NCBI RefSeq assembly: GCF_006345805.1
Contig: NC_043016.1
Span: 16,058,001-16,122,000, forward strand
DNA from: Octopus sinensis
Taxonomy: Eukaryota
Reading direction: 5' to 3'
DNA length: 64,000 bases
Under the pieces are notes generated by a model. It was given only the letters and a program-made list of their open reading frames with translations. It did no database searches and was not told the DNA's origin. Positions 42,960 to 56,219 of the stretch are shown here, piece after piece. Made by a program: the position numbers and the translations under genes. The first letter of the stretch is position 1. Every line of letters starts with the position of its first letter.

Positions 42960-43775
42960 TACATAATGAAAATTTTGAAAATTATGGTGATTCTGCAATT
43001 AAAACTGCAAAGAACATCGAGATGTTGGCAAAAAATGAGGGACAATAGGAACTATGCACTCAATGTGAACAAGAATCATGTCCTCTGTAGCAAAGAACCT
43101 GATGTTGATCAAACTCTCATCTATCAGTGGCTATGGAGTTGTAGGCTAAAAGCAGAGTATGTGAAGGTTTCGTTTTTGGCTGGATAAAACAGAGTGTTTC
43201 AATGTGCAACTTTCAAGCCTATGTGATCAGAAATAAAACTCAAAGTATCAATTTTGCAATGAGCAGGTTGAGAATATTGACCATTTTGTTTCAGGCTGCA
43301 AAAGTTTTGGCATTACAGAAATATAAAACTAAGCAGGATAGAATAGGGCATTATTTACACTGGGTAATATGCAGCTCTTACGGCATAAACACAGAAGAAA
43401 AAAGGTACAACCACCATCCAGATGCAGTAACAGGAGATGGTTGTGAGTCAATCCTTTGGGATTTTCTTGTGAATACTAACAAAATGATCACGATTTGTAG
43501 ACTTCATATATTTGTGAAGAATTGTGAAAAGAAAAGCATGTCTTTTAATTGACATGAGCATAATATCTGACTGTAACATCTGGAAAGGGTACCAAAGGTT
43601 CGGTAAATATAAAGACCTGGTAACTGAAATTGAGAAAACGTAGCATCTTAAGGCCTGTACAATACCGGTGATGATCGGTGCACTCGGGATGATGAAAAAG
43701 AGACCAGATACCAGGGAAGCCATTCTTGCAAGAAGTACAGAAAATAGTGCTAACTGGCACTGTACATGTTTTGAG
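42960..43775 (+). mobile_element. Second R4/Dong-clade LINE fragment
   Basis: DRIGHYLHWVICSSYG...ESILWDFLVNTNK...IPVMIGALGMMKK. Confidence 0.8.
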
Positions 43776-43789
43776 AAGGGTATTATCAC

Positions 43790-44092
43790 ACGTAAAAAAC
43801 ACCATCCGAGCGTGACCGATGCCAGCGCCGCCTTGACTGGCTTCCGTGCCGGTGGCATGTTAAAAGCACCAACTGATCGTGGCCACTGCCAGACTCCGGG
43901 GGCACATAAAAAGCACCCACTACACTCACGGAGTGGTTGGCGTTAGGAAGGGCATCCAGCTGTAAAAACACTGCCAGATCAGACTGGAGCCTGGTGCAGC
44001 CTCCTGGCTTCCCAGACCCCAGTCGAACCGTCCAACCCGTGCTAGCGTGGAAAACGGACGTTAAACGTTGATGGTGATGATGATGATGATAA
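43790..44092 (+). mobile_element. RTE 3' UTR, young copy (CpG-rich)
   Basis: Tandem units plus (GAT)n tail; very similar to 63815-64000. Confidence 0.9.
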
Positions 44093-44249
44093 AGACATCT
44101 ACTGTTATGGTGACAGTTATAAGCCATTTGATTGTTAAATGTATTACCAAATCTAGCCTCAGGTACCAACAAGATGACACTCAGGAAAATATGGAAAAAG
44201 ATGCAAAATTCAAAGCAAGTTACAAATAATAATAATAATAACAATAATA

Positions 44250-45240
44250 ATAATAATCCTTTTCACTATAGGCACAAGGCCTGAAATTTTAGGGGGAAGT
44301 GGACTAGCTGATTACATCAACCCCAGTGTTTTACTGGCACTTAATTTATTGATCCTAAAAGGATGAAAGGCAAAGTCAGCCTCAATGGAATTTGAACTCA
44401 GAATGTAAAGACGGATAAAATAACGCTAAGCATTTTACAGTTCTATATTTTGCCTGGTGTGCTAATGATTTTGCCAGCTTGCCAACTTCACCAACTTAAT
44501 AATAAATAATAATAGCAATAATAATAATAATAATCCTTTCTACTATAGGCACATCATCATCATCATCAGGCACAAGGCCTGAAATTTGGAAGGAGGGGCT
44601 AAGTTGATTACATTGACCCCAGTGCAAGACTGGTACTTATTTCATTCACCCAAAAAAATATGAAAGCCAAAATTAATCTCCTTGGCATTTCATGCATCTT
44701 TATGTTCTGAATTCAAATTCCTCAAAGCATTTTGTCTGGCATGCTAATGATTCTTGCCAGTTTGGTGTCTTAAGAATGATAACAATAACTTCTGATTTAG
44801 GCACAAGCCAACCATTTTCAGGGAAGGTGGTTAGTTGATAATAATGGCTCCTGTACTTGACTGTTATTTTATCAACCCTCAAGGAACGAAAGGTTAAGCT
44901 GACTCCTTTGGAATTGGGCATTTTGTCTGATATTCTACCAATTCAACCATTTCATTGAATATTGGTGAAAGATGAGAAATTTTAGGAGGAGGAATGCACA
45001 TGACTGAAGCTTTATCAAACCCTGGAAGGATGAAATGCCAAGTTAGCCTGGTTGAGAGTTGATCTCAAGGCCAGAAATATTGGTGCGGAAACTAGTTGAT
45101 TAAAAAAAAAAACGAATTACTTGAATGTTACTTTATTTTGTCAACCCTGGAAGAATGAAAAGCAAGATTGGCCTTGACTGGATTTGAGCTCAGAACATAA
45201 GGTGCCAGAACAAGTATTTTGTCTGATGTGCTAGCAGTAA
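44250..45240 (-). mobile_element. Cluster of same-orientation SINE family C copies and fragments
   Basis: Repeated ggatgaaaggcaaagt...atttgaactcagaa units with (AAT)n tails. Confidence 0.75.
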
Positions 45241-45390
45241 TAATTATTTACATTATTTACATTCGACGGATATTTGTCCTCATCTCGTTTGTTTGTTGTT
45301 AACACGTTTCGGCTGATATACCCTCCAACATTCTTCAGACATCTTGGGGAAATTTCGAACCTGGGTTCTCATTCCTAAGGTATTTTTCAA

Positions 45391-45421
<31 letters not shown>

Positions 45422-45502
45422 GTTAGTGTTCAGGTGACTTGGAATCAAACTCAGAATCTTGGGGTTAGTAGCCTGCGCTCTTAACCACTACGCCATATGC
45501 CC
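45240..45502 (-). mobile_element. tRNA-headed SINE-like element with hammerhead-like 3' part
   Basis: Minus strand: GGGCATATGGCGTAGTGGTTAAGAGCG (A box)...GAGTTTGATTCC (B box), then (AAT)n, then CTGAAGA-a-tgttg-loop-cagcc-GAAAC. Confidence 0.7.
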
Positions 45503-46366
45503 ATGGGCATAATGTAAATAATGTACATAATTCCTCATCTCTTAAATATAGAACAATAATTTATTATTTGCCACAAGGGCAAAGAAGACACAGCATAGAC
45601 AAATTCCATAAACAGATGGTGAGGAAGATTTTTATGCAAATTTACAAAACCTCTGGTAAGGCTCCCACCACCCAGTGAATCATTCCCTCGGTAAAATGGT
45701 GACATCACTATACATTAGACTATAATACAGAATGGTAATGATGATAATAATACTAAATAATAAAAATAATGGTGTGAAGTGCTTCAATGCTTAATTGACT
45801 GATTGTGAACAATTGTTTGGATAAGATGTTGTTGTCTATTGTTCAAACAAACAAACGGGATTATGAAATGGAGAAAAAAAACTAAAAAAAAGAAAACAAA
45901 AGCAAACAAAAATACATAAAGACATGCATAAAAATTTATGTTAATAAAAAATGAAAAAAAAAATAAGAACAAAAGACTGGAAAAAATCTGAAAGCAAAAA
46001 CAAAATGACTAAAAAGACGCACTGTTTGTTTATTTTTACTCACACACACACACACGTGTATCTAGATACAGTTACATACTTATATATATGTTGACATTGT
46101 GTATATTATATGTGTGTGTGTGTGTGTGTGTGTGTATACAAACACATAGATAATGTTACATAGATACATGACACACAGTGACAGATACATACATACTCAC
46201 ACAAATGTGTGTGTGTGTGTATATATACACACACACACACATATATAATACACATATGTGTATACATATGCACACACAATGTATGTGTATATGCACATAG
46301 GCAAACCATACATTGTGGTTTGCATACATATGTATGCACTCACACATATATACACACGCATATGTA

Positions 46367-46409
<43 letters not shown>

Positions 46410-47365
46410 ATATATATATATATTCAAATGAAGCTGCACTTCTGACAAACAATTGGAAACAATTCCTAGCATTGCTGATTTATTAGTCAAGATAACAGTT
46501 GTAGATGCAATGACAGCAGGGCAATTATAGGGTACCAATATAAGGCAGGGTGGGAAAGGGGTATGTAGGTGTGAGTGGCAAAGGGATGAGTAAGGAAGTG
46601 ACAGCAGAACAATTATAATGTACCAATTATGTTGCTGGGTAGGGTAAGGGTGTATAAGTGTGGGTGAGAAACGGGTGGGTAAAAAAACCCAAAAAAACAA
46701 ACAAAGGTTGAGATGGGAAATAGGTGAGAACTGCCTGAAAGGGGGAAGGAGACAGCAAAGGGAAGTGGTGAGGGGGCAACATTGAAAAGCATAACAAAAA
46801 CCATGAAAAAAAGCAGCAAATGCACGCTGGGGGGGGGTTGATGTGGTCATTTGACTTGCTAGGAACAGCAGCCAATTTCCACTCTACTCTTTTACAAATT
46901 CAGACACATTAAATAGTGAAGTGTGACATACAATAGGTTTAAAAAACAAAGTGTGATGGCCATGCATGGAACATGTTTGATCATATATCTGCTCAATAAG
47001 GGGTGACCTGGTGTTAACCAACAATAAAAAAAACAAATATGTAAAACATAAACCCCACCCCTACCCAATGGCCAGGAGTTGATCCATAGATTTCTACCTG
47101 TATGTGGACACCTGGGTAAGGCCTGTTTGTGGTAAACTAGAAGTTACTCATGCATGAAACACTATTCCTCTCCAAACCACTGATGTCTGTTCAAATGAAA
47201 GGTTCCTACCATAATAATGATGCAGCCCAGCACCAATACTGTTGCAGACATCATTGTTAGAACAAAAGCAAGGAATACTCCAAGACATTTTCTCCAATAT
47301 CCTAAGAATTCTGTTAATTAGCCACCCTGGAATGGTGTTTTAATTTGCTTTATATAAAATTAGGT

Positions 47366-50215
47366 AGCAGAGGTTTAATCAATGTGTTCACACGATATAC
47401 TTCTCAAGACTACCAAAACATTCTACTACTGACCTCTACTCTTTATAAGAGTTTGGCTAGTCTATTCTCCAATCCACCACAGGCATCAATGAGTCTCGTC
47501 ACATCTCCCCCTTTGAGATTGACTTCCGTTGAAAGTTAATATTTTTATTTATTTATTTTTCTTTCAACAACATCTCCCTTTTTGAGATTTTTCTCCTAGG
47601 GGAGTTTAATATTTCTTCTATTTAGGCACTACTTCCAACAGTTGTTTCCTCTTTCCTGTAAAAGATTCGATTTCTTTTTGCATTGGAACATCAAAGGTGT
47701 CATAGAACACTTCCATGAGTATATCTTTTCTTTTTTCTGTATATCTATTTTTTAGCTGGTTTAAATACCTTTTGTGTTCCCATTTTTCGCCTCTTATCAT
47801 ATCTCACTTTGCCTATTCTTTTTTTACTACTCCATCTTCCCAAGCTTGTCTTCCATTTTTATATATTTTGAAAAACACCTTGTCACTGATATTAAAAACT
47901 TGGCATTTTTAGTGTTTTCCCCATCTTACTTGTGTAAAGTCATAGCTCCGATACCACTTTCGCTAGCATCTGCTGCTACAACTATTTCTAAATTCGGGTC
48001 AAAATGTGATAACGATAATTCTGACATTAAGACATTTTTAATTTTTTCAAAAGCTTTTTGGCATTTGTCCGACCAGTTCCAGTCTTTTTATAATAAGTTA
48101 TTCAGGAATGCTCTTAAATTGTACACATTTGGTATGTATACCTGGTAGTAATTTGTAAGCCCCCAAAATGCTTGTCTGGTCTGTGTTCATTTTTGTCAAT
48201 AATCTGCCCTAAATATTTTATTCTTGGCATAAAAAATTCACTTTTCTTCACTGAGCTTAAACCCACAATCTTTTATTCTTTTGAAGATCTTTTTAACATG
48301 ATCAGCATGCTGACCTCAAGATTCACTTTTTATGAGTATTTTGTCAAGGTAAGCTACAGTGAAATCCAAACCTGTGAGCATAATGACCATAATTTGTTGG
48401 AAAATTTATACAACCCTTTATGGGTATTTATTGTCAGTAATTTTGAACATTCCTCATTGACTTTTACCTGCAAATATGCTTCAGATAGGTCCAGCTTAGA
48501 AAACATTCTTCTCCATTCAACTTTGCGAAAATTACTTCCAGACTTGGTAACAGATAATTATATGGCATCAAACATTTGTTTAATTCTGTTGAGAAATCAG
48601 TGCATACTTGGATTTTATTATATTTTTCTTGACATAGACTGTAGGGGACAACCATTTCATGTAATCAATTTTTTTCAATAATGCCAAGCTTTTCAAGTCA
48701 ATCCAAAGCTACAAAGAATATTTCTGGGAAAGTCCCATAAAGTTAAACAGTTCCATCCAGTCTGTTCCAAATAAATATGTCATATTTTTCAACACAAAAA
48801 CATTGGCTTTCAAACTTTTTCCACCAAATGTAACATCACATATTTCACCCATAAAATGCAACTTTTTTTCCTGAAACACCTCTCACAATTTTCGAAGTTT
48901 CCTTTAATCTAGGTTTCCCTATTTTTCTCCATGAATCTGAATTAATAATTGTGATATCACTGTCCATATCCAATCGTAACTTGATATTCACATTATTCAT
49001 TTTTATGGGCACAAATTTTATTTTCTGAGCCTTGCCTAGAATTTTTTTTTAGCAATACATTCTTTCTAGAATTGTTTTTTCTTTGACCCTTTTTTTCTGT
49101 TTCGCTATACAATGTGACCTTTTATGTCCAAATTTTTCCACAATCAAAACAGTTATGATTTTTAAAAGGACAATTACTTTTAAAATGTAAACCTCTGCAA
49201 CTATGGCATAGATTTGGCTTAGACGCTTGTTTTTCTTTTTTCTTATCCATTTCAGGACGACATGCATGTATCTGAGAGAAATCTTTTTCTTCAATCTTAT
49301 CTGCGTCTTGCCTTAGATTTATAATCCTCTGGCATTCTTTGGCCACTGCCTGTAGAATTAATTTTTGGTCCTGTTCTAATTTTGTTAATATTCAGGAACA
49401 TATATCAGCATCCCTTCTTGCTGTTAACCCTTGAACAAAAATTAGACATTTGAACAAATCTGGGGTTAGTCCATTTAATTTGAATTTTTCATACTCACCC
49501 CAGCATATGTGACAAAATCATCTTTTTTGACTATATTTAAATATTTCCAATGAGTATTGAACCTGGAACTTCTTTCACTGAAAATTCTTGATAGTAAATT
49601 GTTTCATTGAAACAAATCTCATCTGGTTTCTTCAGCAGAATATAGTTACAGTATTTTTTGTGTTCAGCAGGGGATAACTTTCTCAAAAGTAGTTGCACCT
49701 TCTTGTCATTCTAATTTTTACATTCTTCTTTGAAGATTTCTTCGCATCTTCTCAAATACGAAGAAAGAGTAGTTCCTTCTTCTGGGTTATAAATAAATTC
49801 TCCATTTGAATTTGCTATGCTGCGTGATGAGAATGAACCTGAAGTATTTTCAGACTTCTTCAACATTACTTCCAGTAACTGTTGGTATTGTTGTTGTTGC
49901 TGTTGTAATTGTAGTTGTGACTGCTGTTGTTGCTACCACATGAGCCAACGAGTCTTCCCTGTTAAATAAATTTTTCTTTGGTTCCATACCAAAAGAAAAA
50001 AAAAATTCAAATGCCCTACACAAGCTTTGAATATCTCATCGCCACTTTTATATCCTACCATAGGTTGATATATATATATATATATATATATATAGTGGAG
50101 GTTTAATCAATGTGTTCACACGATGTACTTTGCGAGACTACCAAAATGCTCTCCCTGACTACCACCATCCTCAACTCTTTATAAGAGTTCGGCTAGTCCA
50201 TTCTCAAAACCACCT
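47366..50215 (-). mobile_element. Mag-type Ty3/Gypsy LTR retrotransposon, internally deleted
   Basis: Direct LTR copies at about 47366-47503 and 50093-50215; PBS TGGCGATGAGAT (50044-50033); PPT AAAGGGGGAGA+TGT (47517-47501); Gag zinc knuckles CHSCRGLHFKSNC and CFDCGK; protease LRLDMDSDIT; RT IQVCTDFSTELN...IFAKLNG. Confidence 0.9.
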
Positions 50216-51142
50216 AACCCTAACCTGGAAAAACATGAAAACAAAGTTGACCTTTGTAGCATCTGAACTCAGAACACGCATAGGAATTCTGTCCAGTTTT
50301 CTAAGAACTTTGCAAATTGACAGCTTTAGAAAAAAAGAAAACCAAAAAGACCCCAGATTAATTTTTTCTAATAATTGGTATAATAAATTTTGAACAATTT
50401 GATAATCTTAATTATCTAATCAGGCAGACTAATGACCAAACTCATTCAAACCATCACAAATTCTTATTTCTATCCATCTAGAATTAGACTATTCTATGTA
50501 TCACTTCTCCTTTTTAGATGCTAAGGCATAATTTGAGGGAGTACTAGCTACTATGTCTTGAAGGTTGTGTAAACAGAGAGGCTCCTATGTTAGCTCAGTA
50601 ATTCTCAGTATCATACAAGTGGCTAAAAAAACCATAGCATTTTTTCTACACAAAAAAAAAAGCTGTTTTGTTACTTGATCAAACAGGTATGAGTAGACGG
50701 TACCGATGGAGTCTAGCAAACTGTATCTTGACTTACTCCTTGACTGTAAACAAAGAGCAAGCTGTTTTCTTGCTAAGCTTGTAAATTGATTTTAAATAAT
50801 TTAAATTATTTGCCCTTTTCTTTGAAAGACATTGATGCTACTAGGATTCATAAATGATGCTATAGGATTAATTTTCTTTCTCCTACTAACAGGAAAATTT
50901 CAATTAAAATCTTTGGTACATATTGAAGAATCTGGAAAGTGGAATAGAGTCACCAAATATGGTTACCATATCAAATTAATTTCAAAAACCAATTTCAAAA
51001 ACTTGGTAAATGTTAGGAGAATATTAAAATTTGTAATACACACACATCTTTATCTCTTTACAAACAAATTGGCATTTATAGGATTCCAGTATTTCAGTTC
51101 TCATGCATGTGAGTGTGTGTGTGTGTGTGTGTATTATATATA

Positions 51143-51396
51143 GGTATATTGGTTCAGACAGGAAAAAAGAACTTAAAATATGAGAATATGTATATTTTTA
51201 TTAATATTTAGCAGAAGCAACAGAGAGACTCAAAGTCTGAGAGTTTCGTGCATTGGCGATTATCAAAGTAGTTTGATAAGTGCCAATGCACGAAACCCTT
51301 GGACCTTGAGTCACTCTGTTGCTTCAGCTAAATATTAATAAAAATATATATATTCTCATATTTTGAGTTCTTTTTTCCTGTCTGCACCAATATACC
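51143..51396. repeat. 254-bp near-perfect palindrome (foldback element) in TA repeats
   Basis: About 125-bp arms GGTATATTGG...CCAATATACC around a 4-nt centre gtag (51268-51271). Confidence 0.92.
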
Positions 51397-52611
51397 TATA
51401 TATATACCTATATATATATATATAGGTATATATATATATAATGTCAAAAAAGTTGTGTGGAATAAAATAGATTATTTTAAGAAATTAGTTTAATTATCAA
51501 AAGCAATGTTTCAAACAGTTCATTATTTATTTTGAACCTTCTCCTATTTGTGGGAATCTTGATTCAGTAAAATGATGGCAATTCTGGCATAGGGGTAAAA
51601 AATAGGAAGAAAAAAAAAAGTGGTGCCCCCCTCCACCACTTCGCTTGGTGTCCTAAGCACATATTTTGTTTAATGGTTAATCCAGCCCTGCATGAAACAT
51701 TATAAGCCAACAAACAAGACAGCAAGCCATCCAGCTTTATTGGGAAAACCATTAAATCTGGTATATATATAGTTTTCTAAATATAATGAAAGCCTTCATT
51801 TCATGAAATAAATAAATAAAAAGTTTGACATATTTATTTAAGTTTTGTGTATCAAGCATGGATATTTGTAAACAATAACAAAAACTGCAATCCAAATAAA
51901 ACAAATGAACCACCAGGTATTAACGAACATAACTGGTGTCACTTTGCTATTTTTACACACACACACACACAACTATAGTGTTCAATAAAACATATCTATA
52001 GATTTAAGTGATGATATGTCATCTACCTTCCAAACTGGCATAGACTGGATGGTTTGCCAACATATGATGAATTGGTGGACTGCATCATGTTCCAGTGTCT
52101 GCTTCAGCATAGTTTCTATGGCTGAATGCCCTTTCCAATGCCAACCACTTTACAGCATGAACTGGGTGCTTTTTTTTTTTTTTTAACATGGCACAGGAAC
52201 TGCCAAGTAACTCCTAAGGCAAAAAAGCACCTTCATTGAATGTGAGTGTAGTTGAGAGGGAGGTGATCATCAAATTTGGCTGCAAGTACATCTTTATCCA
52301 ACTTATATTAGCACAGAAAAACAGATGTTAAAATGAACTAAGATTATGAGATTCATACACACACACACAAAATTATTAGTTTTTTGTCATGCTTCACTAA
52401 AGAGATCTAATAAGACTGAAACACTGGTTACTTCCACCAGCTGGCTTTAATGTATAAACATCATAAAATATCTCTATGAGGTGCAGCCATGGCTGTGTGG
52501 TAAAAGTTCCAGTTTCAGTTCCATATTGAATGGTGTGTACCTTTCCTTCAGTGGACACTAAACTGCTTGTGAAGACCTGTTGAGGCAAGCAAAATTGAAA
52601 TCAAATCAAAT

Positions 52612-53082
52612 TTACGAATTCAATGACTGGCACCTGTGCCAGTAGAGTGCTAAGAACACCATCCGAGCATGATTGCTGACAGAGTAGCTGACTGGCTTCT
52701 GTGCTGGTGGTGTGTAAAAAGCACCATCAAACATGATCGTTATCAGCGTTGCCTTACTGGCACTTGTGCCAGTGGCATGTGAAAAACATCTGAGTGAGGT
52801 CATTGTCAGTGCCACTGGACTGGCTCCTGTGCAGGTGGCACGTAAAAAACACCATTTGAGCATGGTCGTTGCCAGTACCATCTGACTGGCTCTCATACCG
52901 GTGGTACGCAAAAGCACCCACTACACTCTTGGAGAGGTTGGTGTTAAGGAAGGGCATCCAGCTGTAGAAACTCTGCCAGATCAAGATTGGGGCCTGGTGC
53001 AGCCATCTGGTTCACCAGTCCTCAGTCAAATCATCCAACCCATGCTAGCATGGAAAGCAGACATTAAACGATGATGATGATC
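52612..53082 (+). mobile_element. RTE 3' UTR copy
   Basis: About five tandem units, then cccactacactc...ttaaacgatgatgatgat. Confidence 0.9.
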
Positions 53083-53157
53083 AATTTATGATATGATTTA
53101 CTTTCTGTAGCTGTTTCAGTCTAACAATAACATCATTCATATGATTACATAATTCAT

Positions 53158-53470
53158 CATCATCATCATCGTTTAACGTCTGCTTTCCATGCTGGCATGG
53201 GTTGGACAATTTGACTGAGGACTGGTGAACCAGATGGCAGCACCAGGCTCCAATCTTGATCTGGCAGAGTTTCTACAGCTGGATGCCCTTCCTAACGCTA
53301 ACCACTCCGAGAGTGTAGAGTGTGCCTTTACGTGCCAGTCAGGCGGTACAGGCGATGGCCATGCTCATATGGTGTTTTTTACTTTCCACCTACACAGGAG
53401 CCAGTCCAGCGGCACTGGCAACGACCTCGCTCGAATGTTTTTCATGTGCCACTGGCACAAGTGCGAGTAC
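53158..53470 (-). mobile_element. RTE 3' UTR copy, tail-to-tail with the previous copy
   Basis: catcatcatcgtttaacgtctgctttccatgc... Confidence 0.9.
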
Positions 53471-56182
53471 ATAATTACATTTAACTGTGATGTCTCTTAT
53501 TTTCATCCTTTCTCCTGATGAGATCAACACCCATCACATTATGAATGTTAATTATCTAATTATATAAGTGTTTTTTGTTTTGTTGAAACAGTTGTGGAAA
53601 ACATGAATTTTATGTAAAATTTATACTTTTCTGCCTTTTACTATTTCATATATCTATACACACAGAAGTTGGCACATAGGTGCAAAACATGATGGAAAAA
53701 ACAGTACCCACCCTATATGATGTACACAAGGATATTGCTTTTACGTTTAGATTCAGAAAGCAAATATTTACTTGAGCCACACTCTTCATATTCATAATCA
53801 GCATCACTACACTCTCTAAATACACACACACACGTAAACCGGTTAGTGTTGCTATGTGCAATATACTTTGCTGAGGAGGTCTAATTAGATTGAAACATGC
53901 TGGTTACTTTGATCAGTTGGTTGTTTTAAAGACCAGATCCACTCTTATCAGCACTGGATATATTCTTCAAAAATTTTAGCCCTATTTACTGGGGTTATCT
54001 CCCTTGTTTTTTTTTTTTTGTTAATATTATAACACTACCAGGGGGAATTTCTACCTATTAATTGCTTGAAAGATCTCATTTAATCAATGTTTTCCAACTC
54101 AGAGAATAACATACATGAAGCTGTACTTTAGTATATATTTACAAGTGAAACTAGAAACCAAAGACAAACAAACTAAAATTAACCCTACTAGACATTCAAT
54201 TTGAAGTCCCCATCTAATAAATTTTGAATGAGTAGTCTTATAAGGTTATGGGGCCTATTAATTTGAATATAAAATTTTTTGGAAGTGGAGATAGCAATCA
54301 TAGTTAAAATTGTAACCCACAATACCAACATTATCAAGAAGACAAAATTTTTTTTTAATGGTGCTTTCAGACAAAGTTCTTTGTGATATTTGTTCCACCT
54401 ATGTGATACAAATACTCTCTTGTCCCTTGTTCTGTCTTAAGTACAGTGAGACAGTAATTAGCGCACTGGAAAATTGTAACTAACAACAATATTGTCCAAA
54501 AAATACACAACTGCAGAAAATAATACAGGATTACTTTTGATCATAACTCTGCTTGTTTCGTACTGACCTGTGGCTAAACAATAACAGTAACGAGGTCAAG
54601 AAATCACTCTTCCTTCAAAAGATAAAATGACTGTTTACATTCACAAATATTTCTCTAAAAGAAGAATTTAAGTGCAACTCTGCAAACTAATAAATATAAA
54701 TAGATGACTGTCAGTTTATACAATCCCCCATGACCACCACCACCACTGCCTACTCCGACAGCAGTGAAATTGGTAATCCCATTGGTGCCGCTATTTTACA
54801 TCTAAGAGATTTCAAGTCAAAGGTCTTTACCAGGAATGACAGTGATATGGCTAGTTGTTTAGCCCAAGGTTTATTCAAAATTTATCAAGCAGACCTATGA
54901 TCATAACTGTTTCAGCTGTGACCATTCCACCTTTTTTTATGCTTATGAAGGACTATTTTTTTTAATGCATCCTTTCATTGTTCAAGATGGCAAAGTTTAA
55001 TATGAGGATGATTTGGCTATTGTTTCTAGCAAGCTTGAGCAATCATTTGGAATTATCTTTGCCTCTTCAGTCTGTATACAGGCATGGTTGTGTCATTAAG
55101 AAATTTGCTTCCCAATCATGGTTCTGGGTTCAGTCCCACTGCATGGCATCTTGGGCAAGTGTCTTCTACTACAGCTCTCAGCCAACCAAAACTTTGTGAA
55201 TGGATGTAGCAGCCAGAAATGGAAAGAAGCCTGTCATGTGATTGTTGTAAATGGAATATCATACATTTCCAATTTTACATGAAAACATGTCTAGCCATGG
55301 GAAATTGGAGACAGGTGAGGATTGGAGACAGGAAAGGCATTTGGCTGTAGAGAATCTGCCTTAATAAGCTTTGTCTAGTCCAAACAAGCATGGAAAAGTC
55401 ATCATCATCCTCATCATTTAACGTCCGATGTCTATGCTGGCATGGGTTGGATGGTTTGACCGGGAACTGGCAAGCTGGAAGGCTGCATCAGACTCCAGTC
55501 AAATTTGGCATGGTTTCTTCAGCTGGATGCTCTTCCTAATGCCAACCACTCAGCAGAGTTTAATGGGTGTTAAAAACTGCTTATGATATAACAAGGGTCA
55601 TATATGAGATGAGAGAAAAACTGGAGTTGGCAGGTTGACGCCTTTCCTAAGATTAAGACTAAGGTAAGTGATAAAATGAAATTGTAAATCTGAAGAATCA
55701 AAAATAAGAGCAGCACAGATTCAGTTCCAAATGAATTTTACCATCTTAAGTCCACAGCTATTGTGCATATTAACTATGGTGGCAGCAATTGATTCTCTGA
55801 TAGAACCAAGGATATTATATTTCTGTTGGTCTTTTTCTGAATCAATGATAATATCTGTCAGTCATAAGTATTGACAGAAGTCTCCCTGATTTTCTCTGAT
55901 GGGGCAGGATTTGAACTCAGATCACACAGTACTGAGACAGGCTTCTTGTTCAATGCTCTAACAATTTGATACCCTGGTCTGGTACTTTATTTATTGGTCC
56001 TTGTAAAATGAAAGGCAATGCTGACCTCAGAAGGATTTGAACCCCAAAATTAAGACAGCCAGAATCAAACTATTGCAAAGCATTCTAACCAAAAGTAATT
56101 CTACACGCACACTCATACATGTGCATATATATATATATATATATACACACACACTTATGAACACATACACACATATGTATAT

Positions 56183-56219
<37 letters not shown>

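Noticed and set aside
45428-45502. tRNA gene
   Set aside because: Decayed B box and no proper acceptor stem; treated as a SINE head
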